The notes: generated by a model not told the origin, from the sequence alone. DNA of 64,000 bases from Vicugna vicugna (GCA_013265495.1 MU057597.1:210563-274562); one strand, 5' to 3'. Positions 13,159-27,575 are shown, counted from the first letter of the stretch. Numbers and translations: made by a program.

Positions 13159-13505
13159 TTGACTATCTGAAGGAAGAAATGCAAAATCCTGTGTCTTTTC
13201 CACAATCACAACCCTCTTGTTTAGCTGAGGAGTGAGGACTCTGCAGCTGAGTCTGGGAAAATGTTTGATGATTTCCACACCACATGCTTCCTAAATGTAT
13301 AGAACAGTGTGATATGCAGGTATCCAGCACTTTTCCTAAAAATAGAGAGTCGAAAGCCAAAAGGCAGAATACAGGAAGTTGGGAATTCTTTAAGAGTTTA
13401 CCACTGAGCTTTATTGATAATTCAGCCCTGGAACAACCCTGATATAACATGAAAAGGGCTGATCATCTCAAGAAAGGGTCAGTTTAAACTCGCTGTACTA
13501 TATCA

Positions 13506-13766
<261 letters not shown>

Positions 13767-14479
13767 TCACCAAGGGGTCAAGAGGAGAGTTCTTATCTCC
13801 ATACAAAGTGAAAAGAGGAGAGAAGGGTAAGGATTGTTTCAGGTGAAGTAAGTATTCTGACAGATGGAAGTTAAGTATTTGGACCAAACTGTGTGTCCCC
13901 GTTATATTTTTTAATTTTTTCTTTCCTGCTTTAAATTGTTACACGTCTTCCTAAAAGAATATGATATCTTCCAATTAATGGAGAGTTTCTGTCTGTCTGG
14001 AGAATCCATGACACATATGTAAATAAAACTCAGTAAATTGCCTATGCTAATGCAGTAGATATTCTGTCCTACACACAGAGTGACAGTCAATATCTAGATG
14101 AGCTACAGCATGAGTGGTGTCTTCAGAGATCACAAAGTCCACATTGGCTTTACAGAAATGTCAAAATCTCAATTACGATGATAACAACAACAATGTTTAA
14201 AACTGTTGGGAATACTTCTATAGGTTGAACATTCCTCGTAATAAGTAATTTAGAGGCATGAATTTATTATCAACATAACATCTCATTAGGAAAGATCTGT
14301 TCCCTTCTTACAAGGGACAAAACTGTGTCAGAAACACACTGAGAAACTCAACTCAACTCAAGAAGCTAAGACAATAAAAAATGTTAAAAAAAAAAAAAGA
14401 AGCTAAGAAATGTCACAGCAAGCACCTGAACTCAGAGGGCTGAGCTTGAAATTCAACCTTAGGAATCAAACAGTGAGTT

Positions 14480-15225
14480 ACAGAGAAATCCTGGACAGGC
14501 TTTGGAGAAATGGAAACCCTACACTGTTGGTAGGAATGTAATTTGGTCCAGCCACCATAAAACACACTACAGACATCCCTTAAAACCTTAAAATGGAGGT
14601 ACCCTTTGATCCAGCAATCCCACTGCTGGGCACTGATCAGGAGAAAACTCAAATGCAAACTAGACATGCATCCCAAGGTGCACAGCAGCAGCATTTACAG
14701 TAGCTGAGCCATGGAAGCAACCTGAATGTACTTTGACAGAGTCTAAACAAAGGCGTTGGCGAATATACAGAGTGAAACACTACTCAGCCTTAGAAAAGAA
14801 AGAAATAATGCCAGTGGCAGCAACATGGATGGGCCTAGGGATTATCATACAAAGTGAAGTAAGTCAGAGAAAGACAGATATATATGCTACCACTCATAAG
14901 TGGAATCTAACAAAATGATAAAATTGAACTTATTTTTAAAACAGACTCACAGACATAAAATACATATTCATGATGACCAAAGAGGAAAGTGGGGGAGGGA
15001 TATACATCAGGAGTTTGGGATTAGCATATACAAATTACTATAGATACAACAGAAAAACAACAAGGTCCTACTGCATATAGCACAGGGACTATATTCAATA
15101 CCTCAAAATAATCTTTAATGAAAAAGAATTTCTGTATGCATGCATAACTGTATCACTCTGATGCACACCATAAACTAACAGAAGACTGTAAATCAACTAT
15201 AACTCAATTTAAAAAAAAAAAGGAA
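14480..15225 (+). mobile_element. LINE-1 3' end (copy in B at about 35110-35790)
   Basis: HYSALEKKEIMPVAATWMGL ORF2-end motif, 3'UTR and A-rich tail. Confidence 0.85.
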
Positions 15226-15399
15226 ACACTAGATGCATTCTTTCTGAAATTACAGTTGAGTGAAGTGGCCTGGCCGGGGCTCCAGCCTCTCACCACTGTA
15301 CAATGTGCCTCAGCAGGGACCAACAGAGGAAGCAACGAGAGGAAAAACAGACAGGGAGTGACACAGAGACACAGACACAGAGGGAGTGTGTCAGAGAGT

Positions 15400-15974
15400 G
15401 GGAACTGTTAACTCTCACAAATCTAAGGAGAGGGAAAAGCTAAAGCTGAAAGGGTGGGAGAAGCCATCCCACCTACAGAGAGCAGGCGACTACACTGTGG
15501 GGCCAAATGACATCCTTCAAAGTCCAACAGCCCCCGTTCCTGGGCTCTCAGAAGGCTGCCTGCCATCACCCCAAAGATAAAGTATGTTCTGTCCTGGGTG
15601 TGTTCGCCCCAACAAACTAACAGCTCCAGGTAACACCCAATCTCACACTAGCTCAGGCTGGCTTCTTTCAGGCTGGTCTCCACCTTATCCATCATAAATC
15701 CCACAGCCCTTCACAACCCTGAGATTCTTACCTCACCTACAGCCAATCAAAAAACTTGGGCATAGCCCCCAACCCTCTGAGTTCACCAGCTCCTCCGCCC
15801 AGCCCGGAAAAAGACCCTGGACTTCCATTTCAACGCTCACACAGGCACACCTCGTGTGTGCGCTCCACTGCTGTCTATGGCAGTGTAACCTGATACTTTC
15901 CTTTTCTATTTCCAGTCTTTGTCTCTGGTAAATTCTTCTAGCACCCATGTACCTGTCTGTTGTGTTCCCCAACA
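15400..15974 (+). mobile_element. Intronic solo LTR (copy in B at about 35970-36542)
   Basis: TG...CA ends, a CCAAT box and a GTAAATTC U5-like end. Boundaries are approximate. Confidence 0.55.
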
Positions 15975-15984
15975 TACATTGTAT

Positions 15985-18790
15985 CAGAGAAAATGACAAA
16001 ATAAAGACAAAAACTAACACAAGAAACAAAAGGTATTACATAATGTTAATGGTCCATTCACTAATAAGATAAAAGAATTATATGTTTATACCTAACCTTA
16101 CAGCTTCCCCCAAAATGAAGCAAACATGAACAGAAATGAAGAAAGAAACAGAATCAGCTCAGAAATAGTTGAGGACTTCAGTGATCCAGTTTCACTTCTG
16201 GATGGAACCAAACTGAAGATGAAAAGGAATCACAGGACCTGAACAACACTACAGACTGACTGAACATAACACACACGTACAGATCACTCCACCAACAGCA
16301 GCAGAAAACACGCGCTTCTCAAGTAAACGTGAAATATTCTCCATGACAGAGCACATGTTAGGCCACAAAAGAAATCCTAACAATTTTAAGACACAGTGGT
16401 CACAGAAGGTTAACTTCTTGTAACCACAATGAAATAAAACTAAAATAGGAGAAAGAAAAAGGGAAACTTCTACAAAATATGGAAACTAAGCAACTAATTC
16501 TTAAACAATCAATGGCACAGAAAAGAAATCACACGAATATTCTTAAACATTTGGATGAAAATGAAAAGACAACATGCCATAATTTATAACATGCAGTGAA
16601 GGCTGTGGTGAAAGGGAAGCCAACATAGCAAAATAGTTACAACAAAATGCAAAGGATTTCAAACCAGAAAACCATTTTTACATCTCAAGAAAGTAGAATG
16701 AGAAGGACAAACTAAATTCAACTTGAGCAAAAAGAAAGAGTGAAATAAGATTTGACCAGAGAACAGGAAAAGGAAATTAGAAACATTTAAATATCAAAAC
16801 ATGTAAATATCAACAAAGCAAGAGTTGGTGTTTTGAAAAAACTTAAATGGAAAAACCCATATCTAGATAAGGAAAAAGGAAGGAAAAAAGAATGAAAACC
16901 AGATATGAAACAAGAGAGATTGCAACTGATATGGGGGGAGGGTATTGCTCAAGTGGTACAGCACATGCTCAGCCCGCAAGAGGTCCTGGGTTCAGTCCCC
17001 AGTACCTCCTCCTCCAAGCAGAAATCAATGAAGAAACATAAGTACCTCCCTCTCAACAACACAAGCAATTGAAATGGAAGTCTTTTTTAAAGGACTATAA
17101 GGGAATGCTATAAAAAATAATGCCTACAAATTACATAATCTAATACATTTTTAGAAGCACACAACCTACCAAACTTTAACCATTAAAAAATAAAAAATAT
17201 TGAACTGAATTATGACTAGAGAGACTCAAGTAGTAATCAAAGATTTCAAAGAAAGAAATTAAGTAAGTGCACCTAGGATTAAGTAAGTGCACTGCAGAAA
17301 TTGACCATTTAAAAAACAATAATTTCAAGAAAAAAAGAGAGAGAATTATCTTTAACCCAGTAAAAAATTCTGCAGGCAAGATACTGAAACGAAACCTATT
17401 GAAAGTCACACAAAGAAAGGGGAACTAAAAACCAATACTCTCATAAATACTGATGCAAAATCCTTGACAAAGTACTAGCAAACCAACTTTAACAGCACAT
17501 TCAAAATATCTGACTTGATGAGCAAAAGGATTCTATGCCTATAAGGCAAGGGAGACTCAATATACAAAAATCAATTCATTTGATAGACTACATTAACAGA
17601 TGAAAGAAAAAGAAACATACAGATCATCTCGACTGATCAATAAAAGAGCATTCTGAAAAATTCAACAAGCTTTCAAGACACAAACACTCAACAAAATAGA
17701 AACAGTAAATGTTCTCAACAGAATGAATATCATTTACGGGGTGGGCGTCAGTGGTAGAGTGCATGCCTAGCATACATGGGGTCCAGGGTTCAAACCCCAG
17801 TACTCAAGTAAGTAACTAATCAATAAACTGAATACCTTCCCCCATGAGCGAAGAAAACAAGTGAATACGATTAATGAAACACGTACACCTAACATCATAC
17901 TAAGAAGTGAAAGAATGAAAGTTTTTTCCTCTCAGATCAGGAAGAAGGCAAGGATGTACTCTCTGCACTACTGTTTTAAAAAGTACTGAAAGTCCTGCCA
18001 GTGGAATTAGACAAGAAAAAGAAATCAGAGTCTCGCAAAATGAAAAACAAGTAAAATTAACTTGTTTCTTATATGTATGTATAACCTGTAAAGTTTCCAC
18101 AAGAAAACTGCTACATGAAATAAGAATTTTATACAAGTTGCACAATACAAAACCAACATGCAAAAACCAGCTCCGTTTCTATATACAATGAACAAAGTCC
18201 ATACAAAATTAGAGAAGAAAATTATTTAGTAAGTATTTAAAAAGGGATGAAATATTTAGGAATACATCTGCCAAGAAGGGTAAGGACTTGTACACTGAAA
18301 ACTAGTAAACATTCCTAAAAGAAATCCAAAAATATACACATAAATGGACACACAACCTGTACTCATGCACTGCAAGTATTAATACTCTTGAAATGTCCAA
18401 ACTACCCAAACTCATCTACACATTCAGTGGATTCATTATCAAAACTCCAATGGCTTTCTCTGCAGAAATAGGAAAAACACGCTAAACGTTATAGGGAATC
18501 TCGAAGGGCCTGAAATATCCAAAACGCTGGAAGAAGAAACATGGAGGCCTCCTTTTTTCAGATTTTAAAGCATCCTACAAAGTAATCAAGATGGTGCATT
18601 ACTGGCATAGACACAGGTACACGACTCAATGGAACAGAAGAGAATGCTCGGATACAATCCTTTGCGTCTATTTAAAATGTACTGACAAGGACGTTAAGAC
18701 TGCAGAGTGGAAAAAAGACAGTCTCATAACAAATGGTGCTGGGAAACTGGGTATTTACCTGTAAAACAATGAAGCTGAAACCTTATGGGC
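15985..18790 (+). mobile_element. Old degraded LINE-1 ORF2 segment with nested SINEs (copy in B at about 36555-39900)
   Basis: A-rich L1 ORF2-like sequence (e.g. gatgcaaaatccttgacaaagtactagcaaacc and agatcaggaagaaggcaaggatg), with many stops. Confidence 0.85.
16933..17060 (+). mobile_element. tRNA-derived SINE (camelid vic-1-like)
   Basis: Has a GGGAGGGTA..GCTCAAGTGGTA A box, a GGGTTCAGTCCC B box and a GCAA(C/T)TGA(T/A)ATGG target-site duplication. Further copies lie at about 17738, 19095(-), 37482, 38838, 40205(-), 43700, 45628, 51740-51915(-), 52965-53067(-), 59465, 61675, 62400 and 62842. Confidence 0.85.
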
Positions 18791-19534
18791 CAAAAAACAC
18801 AACCAACACAGTGAAAAGGAAAAAAACAGAAGAATGCAGGTGATGAAAGTGATATAAAGAATTTCCAACCGTCAAACACTTAAATTTACTTCATAGTTTA
18901 AAATATATGATGGAATTAAACACCTTCTATTACTGATATCTCTTACTCATTATGATTTCAGTCACTGACTCACTCATTCAGCTTCGATTCTCTTAGAAAA
19001 TGTCACAAATTTCCCCTTATCGCTCTATTTCCAGCTTTTACCAGGTATTGGGCACGTTAATACCGACATCTACATGCAGCTTCTGTTATTTTAAAGGAGG
19101 TACTGGGGATAAACCCAGGCCCTCGTGTAAATATATATTTATTTAATATTTTGCTTTATTTATATTTTGGTTTTGTTTTGGGGAGAGGTAATTAGGTTTA
19201 CTTATTTATTTTAAACATGTGCAGCTCCCTTATCTCGGTTTTTAGAGATTGGACAGTGCATCTAGATGGGCCGCTACACAACCCTGCTGCCCAACAGCAC
19301 TGACACACCAGTTGTTTGAATCCACTAGTGTGAAGCCCTGCCCAGCACAATGCTCAGTGGAGACTCTTCACACGTTCTAGGTCACTGGGTCACGGGGATG
19401 GAATCTAAGTGGAGATGACAAACACTGAGGAAAGAAGCTGGGTGACTGAATGTACAGGTGTGACACAGGATACTTCAGAGTCAGACAAGATTAGCGAGTC
19501 CAAAAGAGGGCATTTTGGAAGGACAGACAAAACA

Positions 19535-20025
19535 ATCAACTGATGTGGTGTATATATACAATGGAGTACTACTCAGCCACAAAAAAGAACAAAATCATGT
19601 CATCTGTAGCAACATGGATGAATGTGGAGTGCATCATTCTAAGTGAAGAAAGCAGGAAAAAGAAAAAAATACTATAGGATATCACTTATATGTGGAATCT
19701 AGGAAAAAGAGTGTAAAAAAAAAGATACAGATAAACTCATTTACAAAAGAGCAACAAACTTACAGACATAGAAAACAAACTAAGGGTTACCAGGGGGAAC
19801 AGTGGGGTGGGAAGGGATAAATTGGGATTTCGAGATTTGCAGATACTAACTACTATATAAAATAGACAAACAACTTTATACTGTACAGCACAGGGAATAC
19901 CTTGTAGTAAGCTATAATGGAAAAGAACATGAAAAGGAATATGTGTGTGTGTGTGTATGAAGGTAACATTACGCTGTACATCAGAAATTGACACAACATT
20001 GTAAACTCACTATACTGTGATAATA
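19535..20025 (+). mobile_element. LINE-1 3' end (copy in B at about 40645-41150)
   Basis: The tatatacaatggagtactactcagcc motif and L1 3'UTR are present. It is missing from the homologous intron of C and D. Confidence 0.8.
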
Positions 20026-20059
20026 AAGAGAGAAAAGTCAACTGAGAATATGACTTTAC

Positions 20060-20074
20060 CTGAGAAGGAGCCAT
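20060..20074 (-). CDS. KZFP gene A start-codon exon (MAPSQ; exon about 20060-20154); spliced product predicted 600 aa
   Basis: ATGGCTCCTTCTCAG|gtaaag is phase 0 into the KRAB exon. It matches the MALPQ-type start exon of this ZNF subfamily. Confidence 0.85.
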
Positions 20075-21849
20075 TCCTGACTCCTCTTCTTTCTTCTTCC
20101 TCTTCCAGACTTCTTCCTCAGACGAGTGGAGTCTTCAGAGATCAATCTTTCAAGCTGAAAACATTCTGTTTAACACTCCTAAAAAACATACCCACTTCCT
20201 GTGCCACAACCACACATCAGGGGAACCTCATCACGTGGACTAAACTGTCCTCTGCTGCCCGCTGTCACAGGAGGGACTCAGGACAGGAAAACACACAGAG
20301 GCCAACCAGGGAGTTCTTCACATTTCTTGGTATCTCACCCCACTCGTGGTGAGGCCTACAAAGCGATTATTTGACAAGTGTACACACTGTGTAATAATTC
20401 TCACAAGAAAGTAATTTATACTTCTATCAACTCGAGATTACCATTTTGCCTCTATGTGGTGATTCCAAGTATACAGTCGCACTATGAGAGTAACTACAGT
20501 CAGCAGGCTGTACATTAGATGTGCGGGTTGCACTATTTTATTTTACAACTCAACGTTTGTAACCTTTGGCCTACATCTCCCCGTTTCCCTCTCCACCCAG
20601 CCCTCAGGACAACCTTTACACTCCAAGGCTCTATGAGTCTCATATTTCAGGTTTCCAAGTAGTGTCCTTCTTCTGCCCTAATACTGTCATAATTCATGGC
20701 TGACATAAATTTTCTGTCCACCCATGTGCCAATAGACATTTTAGCTCATTCTACATCTCGGCTGTCCTGAATAATGCAGTAATGCTCACTGGAGTGCAGG
20801 TATTTCCCTAAATAAAATGATTTCGTTTCCTTTGAATATCTAGCCAGAGGTGTGTAATTTAAGCAAACAAACGTTAAATGTATTACATTGTAAAGCCATC
20901 AATCAGTATGACGCAGATTAGTTGTCTACATCCAACAACTCACCTGCCATCTGCATTCAGTTTGCCCCCTCAACCTGCACTGTGTTTCCATTTCATTCTT
21001 TATCTGTCTCCCTATTTCTTTCTGTGTCTCTATCTTCGTTCCCCTCTACCTTCCCTCTGTCCCTGCTGCGCTCCTATCCCCTCCCTGGCTCCGGTCCTGC
21101 CCCACTCGGCAACGTGTTTCCCCTCTTGCTGCTCTTTCCCCCCAACCTTTCTGATTGCCCTGTATCTCCACGGATTTCTGCCTGATTCTTCCTCCACCTC
21201 TGCTCCCTGTCTGCCCTGTGGCTTACATCCCTTCTATCCTTTCACCCTCCCTTCCTCCCCACTCTCACACCCCAGGTGGCTGTGCCTCCTTCCTGCTCTT
21301 TCTCTTCCTCTGCTCTCAAAGTCAATAGCTGTCCTCTGTCCTCTGTCTCCCAGGACCACCATGCTTTGAAGGCCATGGTTCCAAGTCTTCTAAACTCTCT
21401 TTCACTCCCTGTGTGAAGCGCCTAACCGTTGTTAGTCACCGTCTCCCCGCCTTCCCGCGGACCCAGGGCCCCTCTCCTGCTGTGGCTCTCCAATGCCCGG
21501 AGATCCTGTTCCTTTATTCACGTGTGTGTTTTATCCACCTGCTACTTCAAGAGATAAATCTATTTACTACCGTTTAGCAAGTGCCTCAGCCATCCTCAAC
21601 GACACCATCCATTCGCTAACATTCTTTTCTCCTCAGTGTTTGTACTTTCCTCTGAGCTGCTCTCTGTCTCTGTTTCAACTGAACCCCTCGCCCAGGAATT
21701 TACTGCAGGAGTGAATAAATGCCTGCGTAAAGGAAGAGACCGTTTTCTAGCGGGGTGGAATTTGGGACATTACAATTCTGGGGTGGGGGTGTTCACAGGG
21801 CTGACACAGGTCACCTCCCCCTAAGCGGGTTGTGGGAAGGGCTGACTAT

Positions 21850-22459
21850 GAACGGGAGGCCCGCAGAGAAGAAGGACAGCCCTGAGGAGGACGCGAGGAC
21901 ACAGAGTCTGGGAGGACGGGGGTCTCAGGAGAGGGCCGGGCGCCCAAACTCCCGGGACTCGGTAGAGGACTCCTCCCTAAAGGAGCGGGCTGTCGGTGCC
22001 ACCCTCCAGGGCCGAGAGGGCGATGCTGTGGGCGCGAGTCCACCTCGCGGAAGAGGGCGTTACACTGGCGGGGGCGGAGGGACGGAGTAGAGGGTCCTGA
22101 GCAGGAAAATATCAGGAACAGCGGTGTCTCAGTGACGGAAGGCAGAAAAGCCAAGGCCAGGGACCAGCCTCAGAGCGGTTTCAGACCCAAAGGAAAAGAT
22201 CCCGGACGCGGAGCGGCGCCATCTGGACTTACGTGGCCGGGGGGCCAGGTGGTGAGGATTTAGGTCCGCAGTGACTCCCACACCCTGAGGACGTAGAAAG
22301 GGGGACTCCGCAGCACAGACTTACATTAGAAACTAGGAACTTACTGCTGCTGCGTGACCTTCCCCCCGCGCTCTCCACCTCCGGGTCCGTAAACATCTGC
22401 ACATCCGCGAAATCAGAGGCGGGACTTCCGGGGGCGGGGCCGCGGGGCCGCTGCCTGGG
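21850..22459 (-). promoter_or_regulatory. CpG-island promoter and non-coding exon 1 of gene A
   Basis: CpG-rich, with an ETS/GABP motif CCGGAAGT at about 22424-22431, GC boxes and a GTAAGT donor at 22344-22339. Confidence 0.75.
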
Positions 22460-22933
22460 TGTCAGGGTTAAGAAACAGCCCGGTTTGCACAGGGAGTGGC
22501 GGGAGGCGTGGCAGGGGACTGTGTCACAGGGTGGGGAGGAGGTGATGTGTCAGTGGCCTTGAGATGAGTTCAGACCCTGGGAAACAAGCCCAGGATCACA
22601 GCATGTCGTAGTATGTTGTAAATAATGATTTTACGCATACATAGGTTATGTAAGGTTTAGAACAAAGAACATAGAAGTAAGCATGCGCTAGGGATATTCT
22701 GTAAGCCTCAGGACCAAAGAAATTGACACGGGAATGTGCTGGCAGAAAAATACTGAAAAGCAGGACAGCTGCATCACAGAGCGCGTGCACCACCTTGTGG
22801 CAATAGAATAAAGTGCTGTAAACTTCATGTTCGCTCAGGGTGAAGTCCGCTTTTGGTTTGCTACCTTCTGGCGCATTTATTCGGTTGGGCGGCTCACCTG
22901 CTCGAATTCCACTTCAGCCTCCCTCAGCTGACA
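22460..22933 (+). mobile_element. 5' LTR of the class III (ERV-S-like) provirus
   Basis: TGTCAG...CTGACA inverted termini and AATAAA at 22807; followed by a PBS. Confidence 0.8.
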
Positions 22934-22935
22934 GT

Positions 22936-22953
22936 TGGCGCTGTTAGCAAGAT
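22936..22953 (+). promoter_or_regulatory. Primer-binding site, tRNA-Ser(CGA)-like
   Basis: TGGCGCTGTTAGCAAGAT has 2 mismatches to TGGCGCTGTGAGCAGGAT and starts 2 nt after the LTR. Confidence 0.75.
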
Positions 22954-22989
22954 GACGTGAGTGCCCCCTCTGAAACCCCTGCCCCTGAC

Positions 22990-24000
22990 GGAGATGCTAG
23001 CATGAAAACTATGTGATCTCCTACCTCTCTGTGGTACCCCGCAGCGGCCTATTTGCTGACGTGGTCAGCCTGAGGACTGGGACACAGTGGCGCCCTGGCG
23101 AGATGACGTTTGGAGGGCGCTGGATTTGTTAGAAAATAAAGTCCCACTAGCCCAGCGAGAGGCAGCCAGGAGGGTGGCCTGGATGTTCTCGTCGGTTTTG
23201 CGGCATGCTAGCCAAGACGTGAGAGAATTGCAGGCGCAGGTAGAGCAGTTACAGCGCAGGGAAGAGGAACTCCAGCGGAGACTCAGCCCAGCAGAAAGGT
23301 GCCCGCGTGGTCCTAGCTCCGCCGCCTCCAAGAGCTACTGTGTCTGTGCAGCTCCGGTCCCACCTTCCCGGAGGGCAGTAAGCCCGACCCCTCCCCCGAT
23401 TCCGCTGTGTTACAGCCCGTGGTGGGGCGGGGGTGAAACTGGAGGAGCCCTTGGATCAGCGGGGACCTCCTGCGGGACCGCAGCTATCGACGCGACAAAC
23501 CTACTTTATGTCTTATACATTAATGGTATTGCGAGACCTGGCAAAGCAATGTAAACAGCTTATGGTGAGTCACTCCCCTCATGGCTACTGCTCCTGTGGG
23601 TCTGTGGTGGCACTACTAGCAACATATGTAGACCGGCCCATACGTGAAGTTACTGAGGCTCTGGCTCGTCTGGGGGATGTAGAAATACTGTGGAAGGGGG
23701 TGCGCACTGCCAAGACTCACGGTGAGTCCAAGACCTATGGTGCAGTGACTTAGAAAGGGAACTTCACACAGAGGAGGAAGTTGAGGAAGGCTCCAACTTT
23801 GGTAGGGCCCCAAAAGCTAGCTCGCCGGCAGATATGATGTGATTTACTGGCGGCTGGCTTAGACCATGTAAAATTACATGGCCAGCCTTTGGAGGTGCTG
23901 ATGGCCTTATGGAAAAAATTACACCCTGAGCAACAATACACTCATTTGCCAAACTCCCATCAGGCCAAAGAAGTGGCCTTTGCTGATTTCCTCCTGGACT
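22990..24000 (+). pseudogene. gag: ERV gag remnant
   Basis: RRVAWMF..VRELQAQVEQLQ coiled coil. The C-terminal DLLAAGLDHVKLHGQPLEVLMALWKKL resembles ERV-L/S gag. Several frameshifts. Confidence 0.7.
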
Positions 24001-24049
24001 AGGAGGAAGGCTAAAGTGTTCAGTATGTGGGGCACCCTGACAATCAGAA

Positions 24050-27000
24050 ACCACATTTTAAACTGACTATCCACTAGTTCCCCATGAATCAACAGCGAGT
24101 ACTGCCACAAGTAGACACAGGAGCTGAGATTAGTGCATGGAAATCCAGAGCATTTTGGGGGACCATGGGTTAATATAGAAGGATATGGAAACAAGCAAAT
24201 TCACGTTAAACTAGTGACTGATTTTGGACATTGGTCGTCTGCCCGCTGCTGCATATGAAGTGCATATATCCCCAGTAGCTGAATATATTCTGGGAAGAGG
24301 CATTTTGCAAGGATTACAAATACAGACAACTCAAGGGGAATTTTGCCTGAGAGTTCGCGTGGTGAAAACAGTTATCCAGGGGCATCCTCATCACACACCT
24401 ATGATTTTGCCACAGGCCACACGAGTGGTGAATGTCCGGCAATGTCGATTGATCGGAGGCAATGAGGAAATAGGATAGAGTATTCTGAAGCTTGAGGAAG
24501 CCGGTTTTATTTGGGCGACCCATAGCCCGTGTAACTCTCCGCTGTGGCTAAGCCTGAAGGCTCCTGGAGGATGACAGTGGACTATCGGAAACTGCATAAA
24601 CTCACTACACGCGTGCACGCAGCTGTGCCAAATATAACAGATTTGCTGGACCGGATGTCCCATGAATTGGGTACTTGTCACTATGTGGTTGACTTGGCTA
24701 ATGCATTCTTCTCTATAGATATAGCCCCTGAGAGCCAACAACAGTTTGCCTTACCTGGGAAGGCAGATAATGGACATTTGTTGTGTTGCCGCAGGGATGT
24801 CTGCACGGTCCCACACTGTGTCATGGTCTAGTGGCCTAAGACCTGGCTACATGGAGCAAACCAGATACTGTCCATTTGTTCCATTACATAGATGACGTAA
24901 TGCTAACCTCTGATTGGCTTTCAGAGTTGGAAGCCAGTGCCACAGCGCTGCGAGAAGCCTGGCGGGCTGGGGGTGGGCCATGAACGAGGACAAAGTGCAA
25001 GGAGCTGGATATTCTGGCAAATTCTGGGGTGTTGTCTGGTTGCGTAAGACAAAAGTGCTGCCTGCAGCAGTAATAGACAAAATCCAGGCATATTCCCGCC
25101 CTGAAACAGTTAAACCATTACAGACTTATTTAGGCCTTTGGGAATACTGGTGGGTGTTTATTCGTCATTTGGCCCAGATAGCTAAACCCCGCTTTAATCT
25201 CATTAAGAAGGGAGAAGTCTGAAGTTGGTCTGATGAGATGGAATGTGCATTTGTTGAATCGAAGTGGGCGATGGCCCAAGCGAAAGTGCGGTACAGAATA
25301 GATCCAGACCTCCCTTTCTGGCTAACGCTCCATGTGGACGATGATGGATATGGTTGGGGCTAAGGGCAAAAGCATGGGCAATGGAAAGTGCCCATAGGAT
25401 TCTGGTCTCAGTTGTGGAAACAGTCTCAATATCGTTGTCCTTTAATTGAGAAACAATTTCTAGCAACTTACCCATCCTTAATAGCCACTGAACCCCTGAC
25501 GGGGAGGCAAGAGGTCCAAGTACAGACCACATACCCTGTTGCAGGATGGGCACAGACATGGGCAAAGCAACCCCGATCGGGAACTGCCCAGACCCCAGCT
25601 GACGAAGTGGGGTGCTTATTTGGAACAGAGAGCCCAATACACCGCTAGCCCCTTGGCTGCAGGTTTGTATCAGGTATTAAGACCTGTGAGATTTGCTGTG
25701 CCTGCCGAACAGATGCTCCCATAAGGGGTGGACCCTGTGCCCAGTCCCTTTCATGAAGGGAAAGGGCCACCCCTGGGAACTGCTTGGTATACAGATGGCT
25801 CTTGTAAGGGCAGCCCGCCCACTTGGGTTGCGGTAGCACTGCACCCTGCCACTGCAGCCTTCTGGTATGAGAAAGGAGAAGGCCAATCCAGCCAACGGGC
25901 TGAGTTACAGGCGCCGTGGATGGTGTTGATGAATGAACCTAGCCCCCTGCAGCTCTGCAAGGATAGTTGGGCTGTGTATCGAGGCCTCACACTGTGGATA
26001 CCCCAATGGGCCCTGCAAGACTGGATGATTGGGCAACGACCCCTGTGGGGACAACAGATGTGCAAACAGTTATGGACAATGCCCAAGAAGGTCAGTATAC
26101 TGTTTACCATGTACCAGGGCACCGCCCAGCATTGGCACTGGGCAATGCTGCTGCTGACGTGCTAGCCAAACTCCAATCTGTACAGGCCATGGTTCCGGGA
26201 CCGACATAGGTCCCTGGCGCCACGAGAAACTTGGTAATGTAGGCTCGTACACAATGAGGCAGGTAGCTGAATGGTGGGGCCAGCACCTGAGCCACAGTGA
26301 AGCCAAGGATGCCTTGCGGCAGTGCCCATGGTGTGCTAAGCACCACCCACACTGGCGGCGATGGCCCCAACAGATGGGGAGGATTGCACGGGGAATTCAG
26401 CCATTGCAGGATGGCAAATAGATTGCATAGGCCCCTTTGCTCCTAGTACGGGCTTGCGGTACCTGCTGACAGCGGGGGACACCGCTACTGGTCTAGATTT
26501 TGCTCAGCACGTGCCCCGAGCTACACAAGACACTACTAGTACAACACTGGAAGTTTTACGGGCCTTTTATGGGACTCCCTCAGAAATACAAAGTGACAGA
26601 GGGACCCCTTTTACTGCCCAACAGACCCAGGAATGGGCCAAGGAAAATGATATTAACTGGACATTGCAAGTGCCTTACAGTCCCCAAGCAGCAGGAATGG
26701 TTGAACAGTACAATCACCCATTAGAGGACAAACTGAGGGCTCTCCAACCACAAGGGCGAGGCTGGAACAGTGCCTTACCGCAGGCGGCACATCTTTTGAA
26801 TGAACAATCTCGCCGTACAGGTATGAGCCCACTGGAAAAGTTACTGCAAGGGACCATTCGGAGGCTCAGAGTTGGGCCCGTGCAGGATGCCTGCAATGTC
26901 TCAATAGTGGCGCACACCTTAATATTATGCGCCCCCAGGGTGTTGAACTCGGGACCACAGGACACCTGGACATGGAACAATCAGGTCCAGACTGAAGGCC

Positions 27001-27310
27001 CCTGGCTAGCGCTGTTGCAACCATGGGGCGACGGGCTAAAGAAAGCCCTGCCGGTAACCCCACGTGTGGGAAATGGCCTCTTAATATACAGGTCACCCTA
27101 GGGAAACAAGAGTGTCCCTACTTAAAGGAGCAGGAGCCCTAAGGCTTTGGGCAATTCCAGCAATAGCTCCTGAAGCGCTTCCAGAGTGTCACCAACCCAG
27201 CGTGGGCGGGTTGCTGTGGTACCACCGCCTGGGCAAACAGCTCTTCCTGCCAGTGTGCTCTCACAGGATGAGAAAGTGGCTTGCATCCTCCCAGAAGGGA
27301 GAGAGTTGAC
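24050..27310 (+). pseudogene. pol: ERV pro-pol remnant (protease, RT, RNase H, integrase)
   Basis: Protease VDTGAE at 24111. RT motifs KPEGSWRMTVDYRKL, VVDLANAFFSI and HYIDDV (YIDD at 24885-24896). RNase H WYTDGS..SSQRAEL. Integrase WQIDCIGP..IQSDRG..PQAAGMVE. Many stops and frameshifts. Confidence 0.95.
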
Positions 27311-27312
27311 AA

Positions 27313-27575
27313 TCATGGTGTCCACCTCTGGTCTGTCCTTCCGTCCAGGGTAACAGCAAATTCCATGTTCTCCTGGGCACATAGAGTTGTGCAAGTCCAC
27401 GTCTCTCACTTTTCGGTCTGTGCTGAACTTCCTGTAGACGCAGGAGATGGACTGCCGTGGCCCCTCCACCCCGCGTCCAGAGCTAATCGGAGCACCTTGG
27501 TTCATTGGAACGCCAACAGGACAGTGAGATCACCCTGGGAGTTGTGGCGACAGACTATTCAAAAGACACTCTGAT
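27313..27575 (+). pseudogene. env: Truncated env (SU N-terminus) remnant
   Basis: ANSMFSWAHRVVQ..SVCAELPVDAGDGLPW resembles the CWVC.ELP...GLPW motif of the SU N-terminus and lies directly after integrase. Confidence 0.6.

Noticed and set aside
16933..17010. tRNA-like sequences
   Set aside because: They are SINE heads with A-rich tails and TSDs, not tRNA genes.
20878..21369. Pro/Leu/Ser-rich ORFs (also 42048-42497 and 49462-49918)
   Set aside because: They come from a pyrimidine-rich intron tract, and the frames differ between paralogs.
26361..27101. 246-aa integrase ORF as a domesticated gene
   Set aside because: The N-terminal zinc-binding part is frameshifted, conserved residues are altered and the flanking pol is decayed. 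There is no evidence of selection.
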